NCBI RefSeq assembly: GCF_009914755.1
Contig: NC_060928.1
DNA length: 64,000 nucleotides
Direction: 5' to 3' (one strand)
Source: the human T2T-CHM13v2.0 reference genome, Homo sapiens
Below, piece after piece: positions 43,423 to 58,299 of this stretch (positions are counted from its first letter, which is position 1; each line of letters begins with the position of its first letter). A program made the position numbers and the translations under genes. The notes beneath the pieces are model-generated. The model was not told where the DNA came from, ran no database searches, and saw only the letters and a program-made list of their open reading frames with translations.

Positions 43423-46400
43423 TAGTTGCATAATGTTGAATAAGTTATTGTAACCTCTCTAAATCTCAGTCCTAAAATAATGGAGATAATAATAAGTATG
43501 ATTATTAAATGAGAAACATTTCATGGAAATTATTTCATGCAAGTATTTTATGTCATCACAAATTATTTGATTATCTGGTTTTATTTCTACTGACAGAGCA
43601 AAACATGATAGAATTAAAATTTTTTTTTTACCCCGAAAACCTCATAAACTAGGATCAGGAATGTGTGCTATAACAGAGGAATAAGTATTAGCAAATGTTT
43701 GGCTATGACTTCTTAGGAGGCTAAAGGCCAGAACAGAGCCTTCTGTGCACTACAGGCTGGTACTACCACTTTATTAAGGTTTTTAATTCTCTTTAGAGAT
43801 GACTACAGGTTCTAAGAGCCACCAAATAAACCATTCATGAACCTATCTAGGGTTAATTACTCAACAGTCACCAAGCCTAAAGGTATGACCTTCAAATGAC
43901 TGTAAAGGCCATACAAAAGAAACTCAGAGTGGAAAAAGGGAAAACTCTCCACTTGAATCTTTGTAAGTAAACATTACAGGATGAACTCAGTTATTCCAAA
44001 GAATGATGCAAACAGTGCCACTGTGGATTGAGTTTTCCCCTACAATGGGATGACGCCTATTTATTTGTTTTGTCATTAGGTCTGGATCTCCCTTTGTTTT
44101 CTGACTATGTTGAAAAACACTAAGAAACATTTCAGAAAACACTTTCACTTATTTGAAACTAAGATGAATAAAACTAGAGACGCATTAAGTGCAACCATGA
44201 TTTAACAGAGAACCATAAAAGTTTTAGTGGTTTACCTGGAATTCAGGCAAATTTATTAAACATAGTTTTCACTATTACCCTGTTTTAAAAATATAGCCCA
44301 ACTCAATTCTTTCCTTTTCAATTACATATTTCAAGTACAGATTGCTCTGGGAGTTTGATTTCTGTAAGCTGAACCTGTTAAGTCACTTGTCTTTGCAGGT
44401 TTTATAAAGAAACAAAAAAATCTACTCAAAAAACATAAAGCTGTCTAGGTTTGGAGTAAGACAATTCAGCTATATCTGCCAGGAAAGCTCCTTTTTTTCC
44501 AGATTCCAATGCAGTTTTTAACATTAACATACCCAAGTTTGTTTTCTATGAATTTCTGTGTTTTATGACATGAATAATAACATGGCTAGATTCTTATTTG
44601 GTAGATTAACCAACCCTGAAGGACTGCTTGGAGTGGCACAATCATGTTATCTGGCTGTCTTTCAGCCTCTGTTAAAGTCCATAATGAAATTTTATTTGAC
44701 AAAATCACTTCTGAAACCCAGTGTGCTATTTAAAAAACCTTCATGGTTTACCCTTTTCTTTCCATACTACCAAAGTGGCTTAGATCACATTTTATCCATA
44801 TATTGTATAAGTATTTATGCTATGTACATGGAAGATACATAGAATTAAGTATTACAATATTTTGTTTGACCATTGAGTCTAACTCCTAAATTTTATAAAT
44901 GGGGAAACTTAGGTCCCCAGAGTCAGAAAGACAGTTAATGGCATGGCCAAATCCTAGGGACCCGGGTCTGCTGATTCCGTTTTGTCTCATTAACATCATT
45001 CACATGAGCCCAGGAAAGATTAAATAAATTCTGGTGATCTACTTCTTCTTTAAATGAAAAGAGAGATAATTAAAGGGATATACTTAGAAGACAGTAAAAC
45101 CCTTTTATGGTATCTCTTTAGAAGTAACTGCTACATACCAAAGTATAGTTTTGTTTTAAACATAACAAAAGAAATTAATCAATTTATGTTACTTGTACAT
45201 ACAGTATTTCGGGCATATCATCTATCTGCTATATTGGAGAGAGTTATAATATCCACTCTGGGTTGAAGCCAACTTTACAAAGTAGAAGTGGCAAAGGGAT
45301 TGGAACTCTGGTCAGTCTGGCTCCCAAGTCCATTTTGTTCATATCAGCTCCCTCTCATTGGGCATACTGTTGTCAGGCTAATTTGCATATTGTTATTAGA
45401 TTAATTTTGTCCATATATCATCTTCATCATTTTGTCATCACAATCAAAATCTTTTAATAGTTACTGTTTCCATGTCAAGTCTAAACTCATCTGCCTGGTT
45501 CTCATGACTAGGCCCTACTTTTACCACTCAATAATGCCTCCTACTCTCTGGTCATAACCGTTACATATATATGTCCCAATTCAAATATAAAACTTATTGA
45601 GGGCTAGGTACAATACTACTTTAGGTGTTCTATAAATTTCTGTTGAGGACAAAAAGCTTAATTTGAATCAGAGATCCTGCCTTAATGAAAACTTCAAAGT
45701 TACTTGGAGCCATAAGAATAGTTTTAGATAGCATTTCCAAGAAATATGTGACACTGCTTTCAGCTATCATTACAAACATTAATTTAAACTTTAAGAACAT
45801 ATGTGGTGGGGAAAAATGTTTGACTATGTCCACTAATATTTGCTGAAGTCTCAGAAAGTATCAAAATCATTATTCTCTTTCACTTTTACTTCTGACTCCT
45901 GAGCATGAAAACATCTGATCCCTAATCACGGTACTTCTCTGGGAAATATTTGTTGCTTCTAGTCACCTAGACTCCTTATCTTGGTATCCAATCCTCTTCA
46001 CATTGTTTCCAATCTAGCTCTCAAGTCAAATATCTTACCACTGTCCATATTCTGGGCCACACTGAACTTTTTACCATTATTTCTAAACTATGTCAGTCCC
46101 TTTCTGAGCTCTGTGCCTTTGTATAAGCAATTCGAATTTTATCAGTTTGTTTTTTATTTTTTTTCTTCTGCACCTGGAAAGCTCCTACTCATTCTTCAAG
46201 ACCTAGTTTAAATTTCACCTCCTTTGAGAAGTCTTTGGGGACTTCTTCAGGCAAAGTTAATTGCTGTCATCTATTGTATGACTGTCTTTCCAAATAAATA
46301 GTAAGCTGCAGGGCATAAGGTATATCGTCTTACTGCTTTTTATATTCTCAGCACCTGGCACAGAGTAGAAACTCATTGAATGCTGAATGAATGGAAGAAT

Positions 46401-46692
46401 ATCTTGGTAATATATTAAAGCAGACTTGTCTTCCCAATTAAATACAGTCATTTATAATTTTCCTTTAGCCATAAAGTAATAGATAGTAACACTGAGTGTT
46501 ACCTGGAAATTTTCAAGGTCTGTATAAGTAGTTTGGTTTAAATAAATATCTAAGGTGATCCATAACTGCTTAGAAATGATTTTTAAAATACCTTTCTATA
46601 ACCCCTTAGGCATATTAAAATTTCTATATTTTATTCTTCTCTAGAAAGAAATAAACATTTAGGAAGCAATTTATAAAACAGAAGCAGCTTAC

Positions 46693-46748
46693 TTTATTTC
46701 GATCTTGTACAACCAGTATTTTTCTAGTACTTTCATCAAATACAGCTC
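46693..46748 (-). CDS. NUDT6: NUDT6 exon 3 (56 nt)
   Basis: ttttcccctaatAG|GAGCTGTATTT...AATAAA|GTaagc; (G)AVFDESTRKILVVQDRNK. Confidence 0.96.
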
Positions 46749-46867
46749 CTATTAGGGGAAAAAGAAAAGATAATTGAGAAATATTAATTTCATTCACCTT
46801 AATCTCCTCCCACACTCTCTATCTGTGGTGATAAAAATTCTACCCATACTTGAAGCCTTGGTTCAAA

Positions 46868-47222
46868 TACAGGTTGAGTATTCCTTATCTAAAATGTTTC
46901 AGAGCAGAAGTGTTAGATTTTTCTGGATTTTGGAATATTTTCATATACATAATGAGGTATCCTGGGGATAGGACCCAAGTTTAAACATGAAATTCATTTA
47001 TGTTTCATATACACCTTATACTCATAGCCTGAAGGCAATTTTATACAATATTTTAAATAATATTGTGCATGAAAACAGTTTTGACTGCATTTTGACTGTG
47101 ACTTGTCACATGAGGTCAGGTATGGAATTTTCCACTAGTGGCATCATGCCAGTGCTCAAATACTTTTGGATTTTGCAGCATTTTGGATCTTAGATTTGTA
47201 GATTGGGGATGGTCAAGCTGTA
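46868..47222. mobile_element. Tigger4/MER46-like DNA transposon
   Basis: TA-flanked imperfect TIRs caggttgagtattcc ... gggatggtcaagctg. Confidence 0.75.
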
Positions 47223-47254
47223 CCACCACCTCATCCATGAAGACACTAAGTGCC

Positions 47255-47607
47255 TGTCTTAGTCCATTTGGGCTGCTATAACAAAATAACCACAGACTGG
47301 ATAGTTTATAAACAACAAACTTATTTCTCACAGTTCTAGAAGCTAGGAAGTCCAAGATCAAGGTGCTGGCAGATTCAGTGTCTAATAAGGGCTCATTCTT
47401 TACAGACGATGCCTTCTAGCCCTGTCCTCACATAGTGAAAGGGGCAAACAAGCTCCTGTAGGCCTCTTTCATAAGGACACTAATCCCATTCATGGGAGCT
47501 CTGCCCTCATGATCTAGTCACCTCCCAAAGGCCCCACCTCTTAATACCATCACATTGGGGATCAGGTTTCAACATATGAATTTTAGGGGGAACAAACATT
47601 CAGACAA
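47255..47607. mobile_element. MLT1A-like MaLR LTR
   Basis: tgtcttagtccatttgggctgctataacaaaat...aaacattcagac. Confidence 0.8.
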
Positions 47608-49395
47608 CAGATGTGCTTACAATATTTATTGAATAAATGAATTGACTTCTCATTTTTATTCCTTGAATCACTATGCATACAACACAGGCTGTGCCCCCTG
47701 ATGATCCAAATCTCAAATATCTCAATATTCATTTCAAGACCTTTCTGAAGCCAATTAAATTTTCTTATTATGTATATACACAACTTTATAATCTACTAAT
47801 ATACTGCTTTGGAAGAGTTCTTTGTTTTATATATGTTTTAAGTTCTAGTTCATTTTTTTTTGTTTATTCATTCATCATACACATTGCATATTCTCTCTTT
47901 CTTTTTAAAAATATTTCCCTTTGGGCAATCTTGGGTCAAAAATACAAATGACGTATTAGTGATTTTTATTATGATCTTTTAGATGTTATGATTTAAACAT
48001 TACTTGTATTTAAATAATGTGGGATGACATTTTTTAAAAGATACTTTCTACATATTTGTCCATGCTTTCAGTATTAACTGAGTTCCTCTATATAATGTAC
48101 ATAGATCCTGTGCATATTAATTGAGCTCCTACTATGTGCCAGGCACTTTTCTAGGTGCTACAGATACAGTGGTGAACAACACAAATGAAACTCCCTATCC
48201 TTATGGGGTTCACATTCTGGTATGTGTGTGGGGAGGCGCCAAAACAAACAAAAAATAAATTATATAGAATATTAGAAGGTGATAAATGCTATGTAGAATA
48301 TAGAGAAGGAATAAATATGTGTAACATGGGGAAAAGTAATTGAAATGCAATTGAAATGAAAACACCACACTTGACTATTTTAAAGCAGGAAGGAAAATCA
48401 CCAAGTGAGATATAATTAACATTAATGTTGGCTTCTATTAGAAAATGTAAGCTATAATTTAACTGGACTTTACAAGAGGTAGACTGCCAAAGAAATGCCA
48501 AGGAAACTTACTCTTAAATTTTAATAATTTGTGGTTACTCAAATTGAACTTGTCCCTAATGAATTCACTGTAAACATGAGCACAGTATCAGAGACAAAAC
48601 CAGCACCACTAAAGCACAATTTGAGCGACCTCTGCTGGTCACAACATAAAAATTATTATTATGATTAGGCACTGTGCTTCAACGTACATTAGCTCAGGTA
48701 TAAGTCACAATAATCCTGTGAGTGATATGAGTGTCTGGCTTCATATAGCTCTAACTGGTAGAACTGGGACTGATAGCCAGTCTGTCTGGATTCTAGGCAG
48801 GCACACTCTTCTCACTGTGCAATGCTGCCCCTCAACAATACTGAAACTTCTCTCTCAGAAGACTCACATTTCCATCCCATTCATTAAAAAAATATTGAAT
48901 ATCTACTTTATGTCACTCGCTGTCTTTAGCTTGAGGATATCGTGGTGACCAAGACAGATAAAATATCTGCCTTTATGGAGTTTATATTATTGTGGGGGAG
49001 ATTAAGTGATACAATATAATTAATTTACATACATGATATAATAGAGTTTCAGACTGTGATAAATGCCATAAAGAAACATAGAGCTGGATAAAGGGACAAG
49101 GAATGATGGCACTAGTGTGCAGGGAGAAGTCACTTCTAACAGAAGGGTCAGGGGCTTTTCTGAGAAGGAGACACTTGAGCAGAAACTTCGGCTATGAAGA
49201 ACTAGATAAAGAAAGTTCTGGAGAAGCATGCTGCAGGAAGAGGAGCCAGTAGATGTCAAGGCTCTGAGTCAGACACAAGCTTGCTAAGTTTGAAAAGCAA
49301 AAGAAAGCAATGGCTCCAGCTATTCCAGCCACATCTGCCTTCGGTAGTTTATAACAAATGCCAATTATTTTTCTTTCCACCTAAAAACTCTGCAC

Positions 49396-49620
49396 CCCAG
49401 CCTGGGCAACATGGCGAAACCCTATCTTTGCAAAAAATACAACAATTAGCCTAGCATGGTGGCGCATGCCTGTAGTCCCAGCTACTTGGGAGGCTAAGGC
49501 AGGAGGATCACTTGAGCTAAAGAGGTGGAGGTCGGAATGAGCCCAGATCATGACACTGCATTCCAGCCTGGGTGACAAAGTGAGACCCTGCCTCAAAAAA
49601 AAAAAAAAAAAAAAAAAAAA
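49396..49620 (+). mobile_element. 5'-truncated Alu
   Basis: Starts mid-left-arm; long A tail; TSD aactctgcacc. Confidence 0.88.
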
Positions 49621-50849
49621 CAACTCTGCACCTTTCCAGAACAATTTCTTACATTACCTCGTCCACACCCCCAACAGTGGCTTCAAATCCTAGTTAGTGT
49701 TCAAGATTGGTCAAGTTCTGCATCTCTTATTCTTTGAACTGCTCTGACACTCTAAACTATAATGTACAATATACAATATAGTACTTAGTTATCAACAGGC
49801 CCTTCATAGGATACTCTTTTTGCATATATTACCAATTCTGTAGTAATAACTGGGAACTCTTAAGAGTCTGTGCCCGTGAATGATAATTATTTGTATAACT
49901 TTCCATTGAAGTGTGAGGCTGTCACTAAATTATTGAGTAGAATCTTTTGAAATAGAGCTGAACGGAGAGTTTCTGAATGTCTACTTGCTACAGGGAAGTA
50001 AGACAGGGACAGAGAAGACATCATTAGGCATTCTTGAACAACTCCTTGAAAAGCCTTGAAAAGCAAACTACCTTAAAAACTCTTGTAAATTATATAAAGG
50101 CAAATAAAATTATTAATTAAATAACTAATATGCTTCATTGCTTTCATTTATTAAGGTCATAAGGATCCCTTACTATTATAGTTTTTCTAGAAATCTAAGA
50201 ATTTTGGTCCTTAAAGGGTAGTACTGAGACCACCACCAGCAGCAGCAGCAGCAGCAAAAACAGAAACAGCCAGGAAGATCACCTGAATTTTCAGGTCCCA
50301 CCATAGACCTACTGAATCAGAAACTCTGGGGATAGGGCCCAGCAATCTGTTTTAAGATTCCAGGTGATTTTGATGCAATCTACAATGTGAGAATCTGTGT
50401 CTTACTCTGAGGGAAGTCTTCTCTCAACTTTCCTATGTCTCTGAAGCTAATCAGCCACTTCAAAATTCTACTCTACACTTAAATTACACGATTTTAAACA
50501 ACTGTTTGGCACAATAATGTAAATATTATTAAGAAGTAATTGTTCAAATCATTGAAAAATTGGTTTGCTTTACCTGAAATTCAACATAAAAATGATCATT
50601 TACTTTACAAATTTACATAATTAGTGCCAACATGTTTTACTCTGCAATAAATTTATTCCCTGATCCCAATTCAGTGCTACTATTTGAGTAGTGAAGTTTA
50701 ATTATATGTGTAAAATATATTCAAGCATATCCTTTGGAAAACTAAACACTAAAGTTGTTCTCTGTGCGTCTGTCTACTGATTGAGGCAAACTTCATCTAT
50801 TTAAAAGCACTATGTAATAGTCCTATTTAAAAGCACTATGTAATAGATA

Positions 50850-51506
50850 CTGTAGTCCCCCTTGTCCAGTTTTGCTTTCTGTGATTTCAGTTATACAAGG
50901 TCAACCATAGTCTCAAAGTGTTACATCACTACTCTTGTGCTTCGGGGCATTAATAAGGAAAATAAGGGTTATTTGAATCCAAGTACTGTGATACTGGGAC
51001 AGCTGATCTGATAACAGGGAAGGCTACTAAGTAACTAATGGATAGGTAGCCTATGGATCATGGATACACTGGATATGGGGAAGATTCACGGCCTGGTGGG
51101 ACAGAGCAGGATGGTGAGAGATTTCATCACATTACTCAGAACAGCATGCAATTTAAAACTTAAGAGTTTTTTTCTGGAATTTTCCATTTAGGTCATAATG
51201 CCTGTCATTCACCTCACTTCACCTCATCGTGCAGGTGAATACAAAAGGGTGAATACAAAACAATATTTTGAGAGAGACCACATTCACATAACTTTTATTA
51301 CACTATACTTTTATAACTGTTCTAATTTATTGTTAGTTACTGTTAATCTCTTACTGTGCCTAACTTATAAGTTAAACTTTATCATAAATATGTGTGATAG
51401 GAAAAAACATGGTATATATACATAGGGTTTGGTACTATCTGCGGTTACAGGTGCCCACTGGGGGTCTTGGAACACATCCTGTGCAGATAGGGTGGAACCA
51501 CCGTAA
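50850..51506. mobile_element. MER44/Tigger7-like DNA transposon
   Basis: ctgtagtcccccttgtcc start and ggggtcttggaacac...ggaaccaccgta end; preceded by a 24-bp duplication (50797-50846). Confidence 0.7.
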
Positions 51507-51622
51507 TCATTTAATCAAATAACTCATTCCACATGAATAAACTATTTGCTTAGCTGTAACAAGCAAGAAATTGGGTGAACGTCTAAAAAGTTAATTCTGC
51601 TCATCATGAGTTTGAAACTGAC

Positions 51623-51826
51623 CTGCAACTCCTACTTGATGTGAAGCATATCCTGGTAATCTGCTGGGCCCTTCTCTCAGCCACAGAGTCAACGTTGATG
51701 AATCCGATTCTGCGTGGTGAAAGCAGAAGCCCAGGGAAGCAGCAGGGGCAATAAATCGGCTTTGGAGGATGGGAATGTGCAGCCATACAGCTGTTCTACC
51801 TTCTGATCGCCATTGCTGTACTGCAG
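51623..51826 (-). CDS. NUDT6: NUDT6 exon 2 (204 nt)
   Basis: tcttctgcatttAG|CTGCAGTACAG...GTTGCAG|GTcagt; (A)[67 protein letters not shown](G). Confidence 0.96.
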
Positions 51827-53297
51827 CTAAATGCAGAAGAAAAAAGTCTAAATAATTTCCAAAGAGACGAGTGGAATAAATTAAAACTCACCTCAGGGTT
51901 TCGCCTCCTCCAGGAAACCATCTTTAAGCAAAAGAGGTCCCCAAATGTCTTGTTCACATCGCTGGCACTGGAAGTACCATGTTTTATAGTAACCACCTTG
52001 TTTATATGATTTTTCCATCAGACTGAATTCCTTCAGAATAAAGTCATTACACTGCTGACCTTTATATCCATACCACCAAAGACAATGCTTGGCACGTAAC
52101 AGATGTTCTGTAGTTTTAGAGTGGACAAATAAAAGGATTTAAACCGAATCAAATACCATTTGAATGCTGTTCCTTTTAACATCCTTAGGTTTAATCTTAA
52201 AGACAATTATGGACTTCTATTTTTTTCTTCCTTTAGGAGTTCTGTTATAATGTTTTTAATGTATAAATTTCAAGGTAGTTAAACTTTGTTTTTAAATAAT
52301 GTATGCTGGTTGTAGAAATTTTGAAAATAAAAAATATGAAGAAATCAAACTTCACATTTTACTAGCATATAGGAATAAAATTCTAATTTTTCCTTATTAT
52401 AGATAATATCATGGTGAACATAATTATAGGTTTTCTATCTTTGCCTTCTTTAAATTCTCTTTACTACTTAAGATTGAGCCAGGGGAAAAAGATGCTAATA
52501 TCTATTTGAAACTTACTAAGTTCCAAGCACTTTATATATATTATCTCATTAAGTGCACAACCATGAAAGGTATTACTACCTTAAGTTTATGGGTGAAGAA
52601 ATAAATACTTCAGATTTAGAGTTTTTAGAAAAGCTTTTCAGATCACTTTCTTCATCCATCATCTCACTTAATCTTTATAATAACGCTATAAAGCGTGTGT
52701 GTGTGTCTGTCTTTGGGGGTTGATTATATATCAAATAGTTAATTAACTTTCCCTTCTCTTTTCCCTAGCTCTGCAGGAAGCTCCTCTCTTTAAGGACAAT
52801 GTTCTCTACCTCTTTGAAAGTTGCTGTGCCTAGCACAGTGACAGGCACATGGGGCCTTTAATAAAGACTTCCTGATTTGAGTTAGCATGCAGTGGAATTA
52901 TGGGATCAGGTCCTTCTCACCTTGCTCTCTTTGTCTGATGACATCTTTTAAAAATTGAGGTAAAGTACATAAAGTGAAATGTACAAATCTTAAGTGTACA
53001 TTTCATGCGATTTGACATATGCATATGCCCATAACACACTTTAACATTATAGAACATTTCTATCACTCCATACATTTCACATGTGCTCCTTCCCAGGCAA
53101 TCCTTCCAATCAAATTAAAAGGCTACTTTCTAAAAGCAATGCTATTTGCTTGCTGTTTTATATCTACACTCTGTGTCTTGGAGAATCCACTCTCACCGCT
53201 TCAGCTGATACATACATGAGGATGGCTGCCCAGCCCTGACCTCACTGAACACTAAACTTTCTGTTCTCCAGTTGCTCCCAGACATTTCCTGTCCTGA

Positions 53298-53636
<339 letters not shown>

Positions 53637-55445
53637 AAAACTGAATCTTACACCCCAAACTAGCTTCATTTATAAGCTTATTTATTTCTGGCACCAATGC
53701 TTGAAACCTTAGAATCATTTTTAAATTGCTTTCTTCTTTTCCCTAATAAGCTTTATTGCTTTTTCTTCCCTCACCTCCCATTCCCATTGCTAATATCTAT
53801 CCTTTAAAGTCCAGCTCATATTCCACATCTTTGACCAGTCTTTCCTAACCACTGCTCATGAGCTCACCATTATGAATTTAAAGACTACTATGTCTGTACA
53901 ATTTATTAGAACTTATTACATATGACCTAATGATATCTCTTCCATTAGCTATTTTTTCCAATCCTATTTAATATTCCATGCATTTGCAATCCTCCAGGGT
54001 AACCCTACATTATGCACTGGGGCTCAATTTGTACTAATGAAATGACTGGCTTGCCTAAAGTCACATAGCTGGTGAGTGGCATAGCAGGGACCAGAACCAG
54101 TGCTATTTCATTACTGATGCAGATATGTTATGTGTGAAGCTAACAACATATTGCCTGTTTATCCCTCTAACTTCAGTTGTTGGTAACAAAACATCAATAG
54201 TTCATGTTCTAAAAGAATATGAATAGTTGACTTCTTATTCCACCAAGAATATGGACTTCTTAGTCCATAAAGACTAAGAATAGCGGACTTCATGTGTAAA
54301 TAGTCTCTCTTTATAGGCACTACCATTCAGTTAGTTTTGTTCAATTATAACAACAGAACCAGCAGGAGTTCTTCAAGGTAGCATAGTGCAGTAAGAAAGG
54401 TGTAGAGCCAGGGCAAGTAAATTTTTCTCTCTGTGCCTCACTACTGTCATCTTTAAAATAGGAATAATAATGCTATCTACCTCAAAGGGTTGTTAGGAGG
54501 ATTAATTACTATTTATAAAGATCCTAAAACATCTACCATTAAGTGCAACAAAATTTGTTTTATTGAAAAAATATAACAAGTATTTGGTACTTAAGTTTAC
54601 AAATTAGTTTCATCTTTGATCAACGCATCTATCCAGTAATTAGAGCTGGCGTTATTCACAAAAAGCAAGCTAAGAAGCAAATATTTTTGGTGGCAATTTG
54701 CCTAATGCCTGGCTAAGCACATGGCAGAACCTGGTACTTAAACCCAGAATGTGCATCTCCAAATCGCACAGCTTTCTGCTTTGTCATGCTGACTGGGGTA
54801 GTGCTTTGATCACCTGTTTGGTCATTGATAAGTATCAGTGGGTACAACACCTGTGTCTACCCACACACTGGAAGATAAAACGATTGATTCTCCTATTAGT
54901 GACACTGTTGCAGTATAAGCGGGCTTGTCAGCAATTACTAGCAAGTAGGAGAGAAAATAATGTGAAGAGGTAAGAAGTCTGGGAATGAGGATGAGTAAAC
55001 ATTGAAATAACTAGCTCAATTATATTTACAGATATGCTTCTTGCCATATTGCTCAATAGGATAAAGATTATTTTGAGTTTCCAGTGTGAGAGATTTTTCC
55101 ATAGTTGAATTTGCATGCTATGCCTTCAATTAGATTATAAAACCCTCAGAGGCCGTTTGAAAAACTGCTGCACCACTAAATCGACTTCTTCCAAAGTGAA
55201 GGCTCCTCCATCCAAGCTTTCTTATCATTGGGCTCAAGGTTGAAAGCCAGTAAAAAGTTTTCTTATTGAAGACTGAAACCACCCACCACCGTCCCTGGTT
55301 AATCATAAAAGAAGCGTTATTCTAAAAAACTCCAGTTCTCGCTGAGACAGCTGTTGACCCAATTTGTATACAAATGTGACACTCTGAACCTCTCTGGTTT
55401 AGTATTTGATAGCCCAACAGGGTGACTATATTCAATAAAGATTCA

Positions 55446-55741
55446 GGCTGGGTGCAGTGGCTCCTGCCTGTAATCCCAGCACTTTGAGGGGCCAAGGCGG
55501 GAGAATCAGTTGAGCCCGGGAGACTGAGACCAGCCTGGGCAACACAGTGAGACACCGTTTCTAGAAAAAATAGAAAAAAGCCAGATGCGCGCCTGTAGTC
55601 CTAGCTACCCAGGAGGCTGAGGTGGGAGGATTGCTTGAGCTCAGGGGTTGGAGGCTGCAGTGAACCCTGATCCTACCACTGCACTCTAGCCTGGGAGACA
55701 GAATGATACCCTCTCTCAAAAAAAAAAAAAAAAAAAAAAAA
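55446..55741 (+). mobile_element. AluJ inserted just before an L1MA-like 3' end (to ~55915)
   Basis: Diverged Alu with long A tail; ccctgatgtaattattacac...cccacaaaaattaaaaataaaa follows. Confidence 0.85.
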
Positions 55742-56453
55742 CTGTACATTTAAAAATAACTAAGAGTAACTGGATTATGGTTGAATGCTTGTGGTGATGA
55801 GTATCTCATTTACCCTGATGTAATTATTACACATTTATACCTCTATCAAAATAGCTCATATACCCCATAAACATACACACCTACTATGGACCCACAAAAA
55901 TTAAAAATAAAAAAGAAAAGCCTCTTTGGTCCACTCAGTCCACCACCCGTATTAGAATGTAAGAGTTTTTTTCCTTGGGAAAAGTGTCCGACAGAACCAA
56001 GGCTCGGTAAAGGATACTAATAATGTAATAATATAATATTAACAAACATCTACTGAGCTTTAAATACGTGGCAGGCACTGTGCTGTGCACTTTATGTGCA
56101 TTATCCAAATTAACTCTCAGTAATTCCAGGAGTTCTTATCACCGGGGTCTGTGGAAGAGGAAATGGTGGTTTACGGCAATTTCCGAATGTCGCACAGTAG
56201 AAAGTGGACCAGCAACCAGGGTTGCAGATCCCAAAGTCCGGGATCTTCACCATTTCACCCAACCGCCTTAGAGACCTCCCAGCAAAAGGTCTAAGCACGA
56301 ATGCTCCAGAAAACAGGTCCAGGTCACGCGTGCCTTCTCCCTTTCCCTCTGGGCTCGACAGTGGTGCACAGAGCGACTAGGGAGTGGGGGCCGCGGTTAT
56401 TTCATTAGAAAAGCTCTGGAGCCCCGGGAGCCCTTCGTCCCAGGCGCACTTGC

Positions 56454-56691
56454 CCTGCAAGCCCTTCTGGAAGGCGGCAGCGTCCAGGCGGTCCAGCGCA
56501 TCGAGCCGCGCCAGGCGCACCGAGATGCCCCCGAATCTGTCCAGCTCGCCCTGCAGATCGCACGCTCCAACTGGCGGATTCCGCACGTAACCCTGTGCGC
56601 CCGAGGCCCAGCGGTAACCCGCCGAAGGCCCGGGGCCGTAGGTTCGGGCAAGCATCGCGCGCCAGCGGCCCCAGCTCAGCGGCTGCCGCAT
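56454..56691 (-). CDS. NUDT6: NUDT6 exon 1 coding part (238 nt)
   Basis: [19 protein letters not shown]...AAAFQKGLQ; donor CAGG|GCaagt; the five exons sum to 951 nt, open to the stop. Confidence 0.94.
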
Positions 56692-57207
56692 CTCCACGCC
56701 GCTTGATTCGTCCGTTGCCCAAATGACCCCTCCGCGCTCCAGAGCGGAGATCGCGGCCGTACATTTTAGAAGAGTGCCATCAATACCCTCAGAGTTGAGC
56801 TGGGGTTACCACTCTGCAGAGCTATGCCAAGGAGACCGCGAAGTGGTCCACCAGCCCTTCTCAGCAATTTGCCCCGCTCCAGTTAAGCGGGGAAAACCTC
56901 CTCCCCCACCGCCACTCACTTATTTTGTTTGGTAGTTTAATTCAACAGACGTTGGTTTAGGGATGGGGAAGCCGGGAGGAGATGCAAAAACGTCCTGTTT
57001 TTCAGGAATTTACAATCTAAGTGGCAGTTCCGTTCCTGGAACCTATCTTCTTTCACAGATGCCGTTACAGCTGTTTCAAAGACTGCTGGTTTTGAAAACG
57101 CTCAGTCCCTCCCACCACGCTGTGCACTGCTGCGCTCCACTCAGGGGATTACGGCGCAGGGGCGGACCCTCGCTGACTTCTGCCCCGGAAGTTTTTCTCT
57201 CAGTTGA

Positions 57208-57447
<240 letters not shown>

Positions 57448-58299
57448 TAGAGGCCGAGGGGGCGCAACCTGAGGGGCGGGAGACTCAGTGATACTGACTT
57501 GGGGTGCAGAGACTTTTGAAAGTTGGGCGTGGCATGGGTCTGAGAGCGGCACAGAAGCGTGTAAGACTTCTGTATGTAAGAAGCATGCAAACGTAGCCGC
57601 GCCTGCACTGGAGAAGTTAGGCTGAAATGGTTTATCCGTGTCCAAGGTTTCTCTTTTGTAAATTATTTTGAATTTTTAAGTTGCACTTGAAACGCTTTGT
57701 CTCATTTAACATTAACGACACATTTAATTGCAAAATTGTTCATAACTAGCGAACATGGGATACTTATCCTAAAAAACTAAATAACCAATTCAGTAAAAAT
57801 GTGGATCACTCTGCCTTTAGGAGTGATGATAGCATTTTCTTCCAGTACTACGCAGGTTATGATATTTAATAACTGCTAGTAACTGCACACTAGTGTTAGC
57901 AGTATATATAGCTCATCTAATTTCTACAGAAGCCGTGACCGATGGGTATAGTAATGACAGTTTTATAGAGGGAGGAAAGTTAACGTGATTCCATTCAGGC
58001 TACACAGGTGCTAAGTGGCAGAGCCGATATTTGAGTCCAGATGTGTTTGACTTAAAAGCCATTCCTAGATGACAGCTCCTTTGATTTGGGAGAACGTATT
58101 TATACTGAAAAGTCTTATAAATTGAATTAAAAATTGAAAATTTATATTTGATGTGTAATAGCTTTGAAAAATGGACCAGACTAGTGGCAAAAACTTTTAT
58201 GTCTAATCAGACCTTAAAGACAATTTAGAGTTAACATGGTATTTTCACTCTGCCTTAGGTATCAGAGGACAACTTGTTCTGTCCTGAAGGTTCAACTTG

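Noticed and set aside
50237-50256. (CAG)n run
   Set aside because: Short, intronic and inside a MER5-like element
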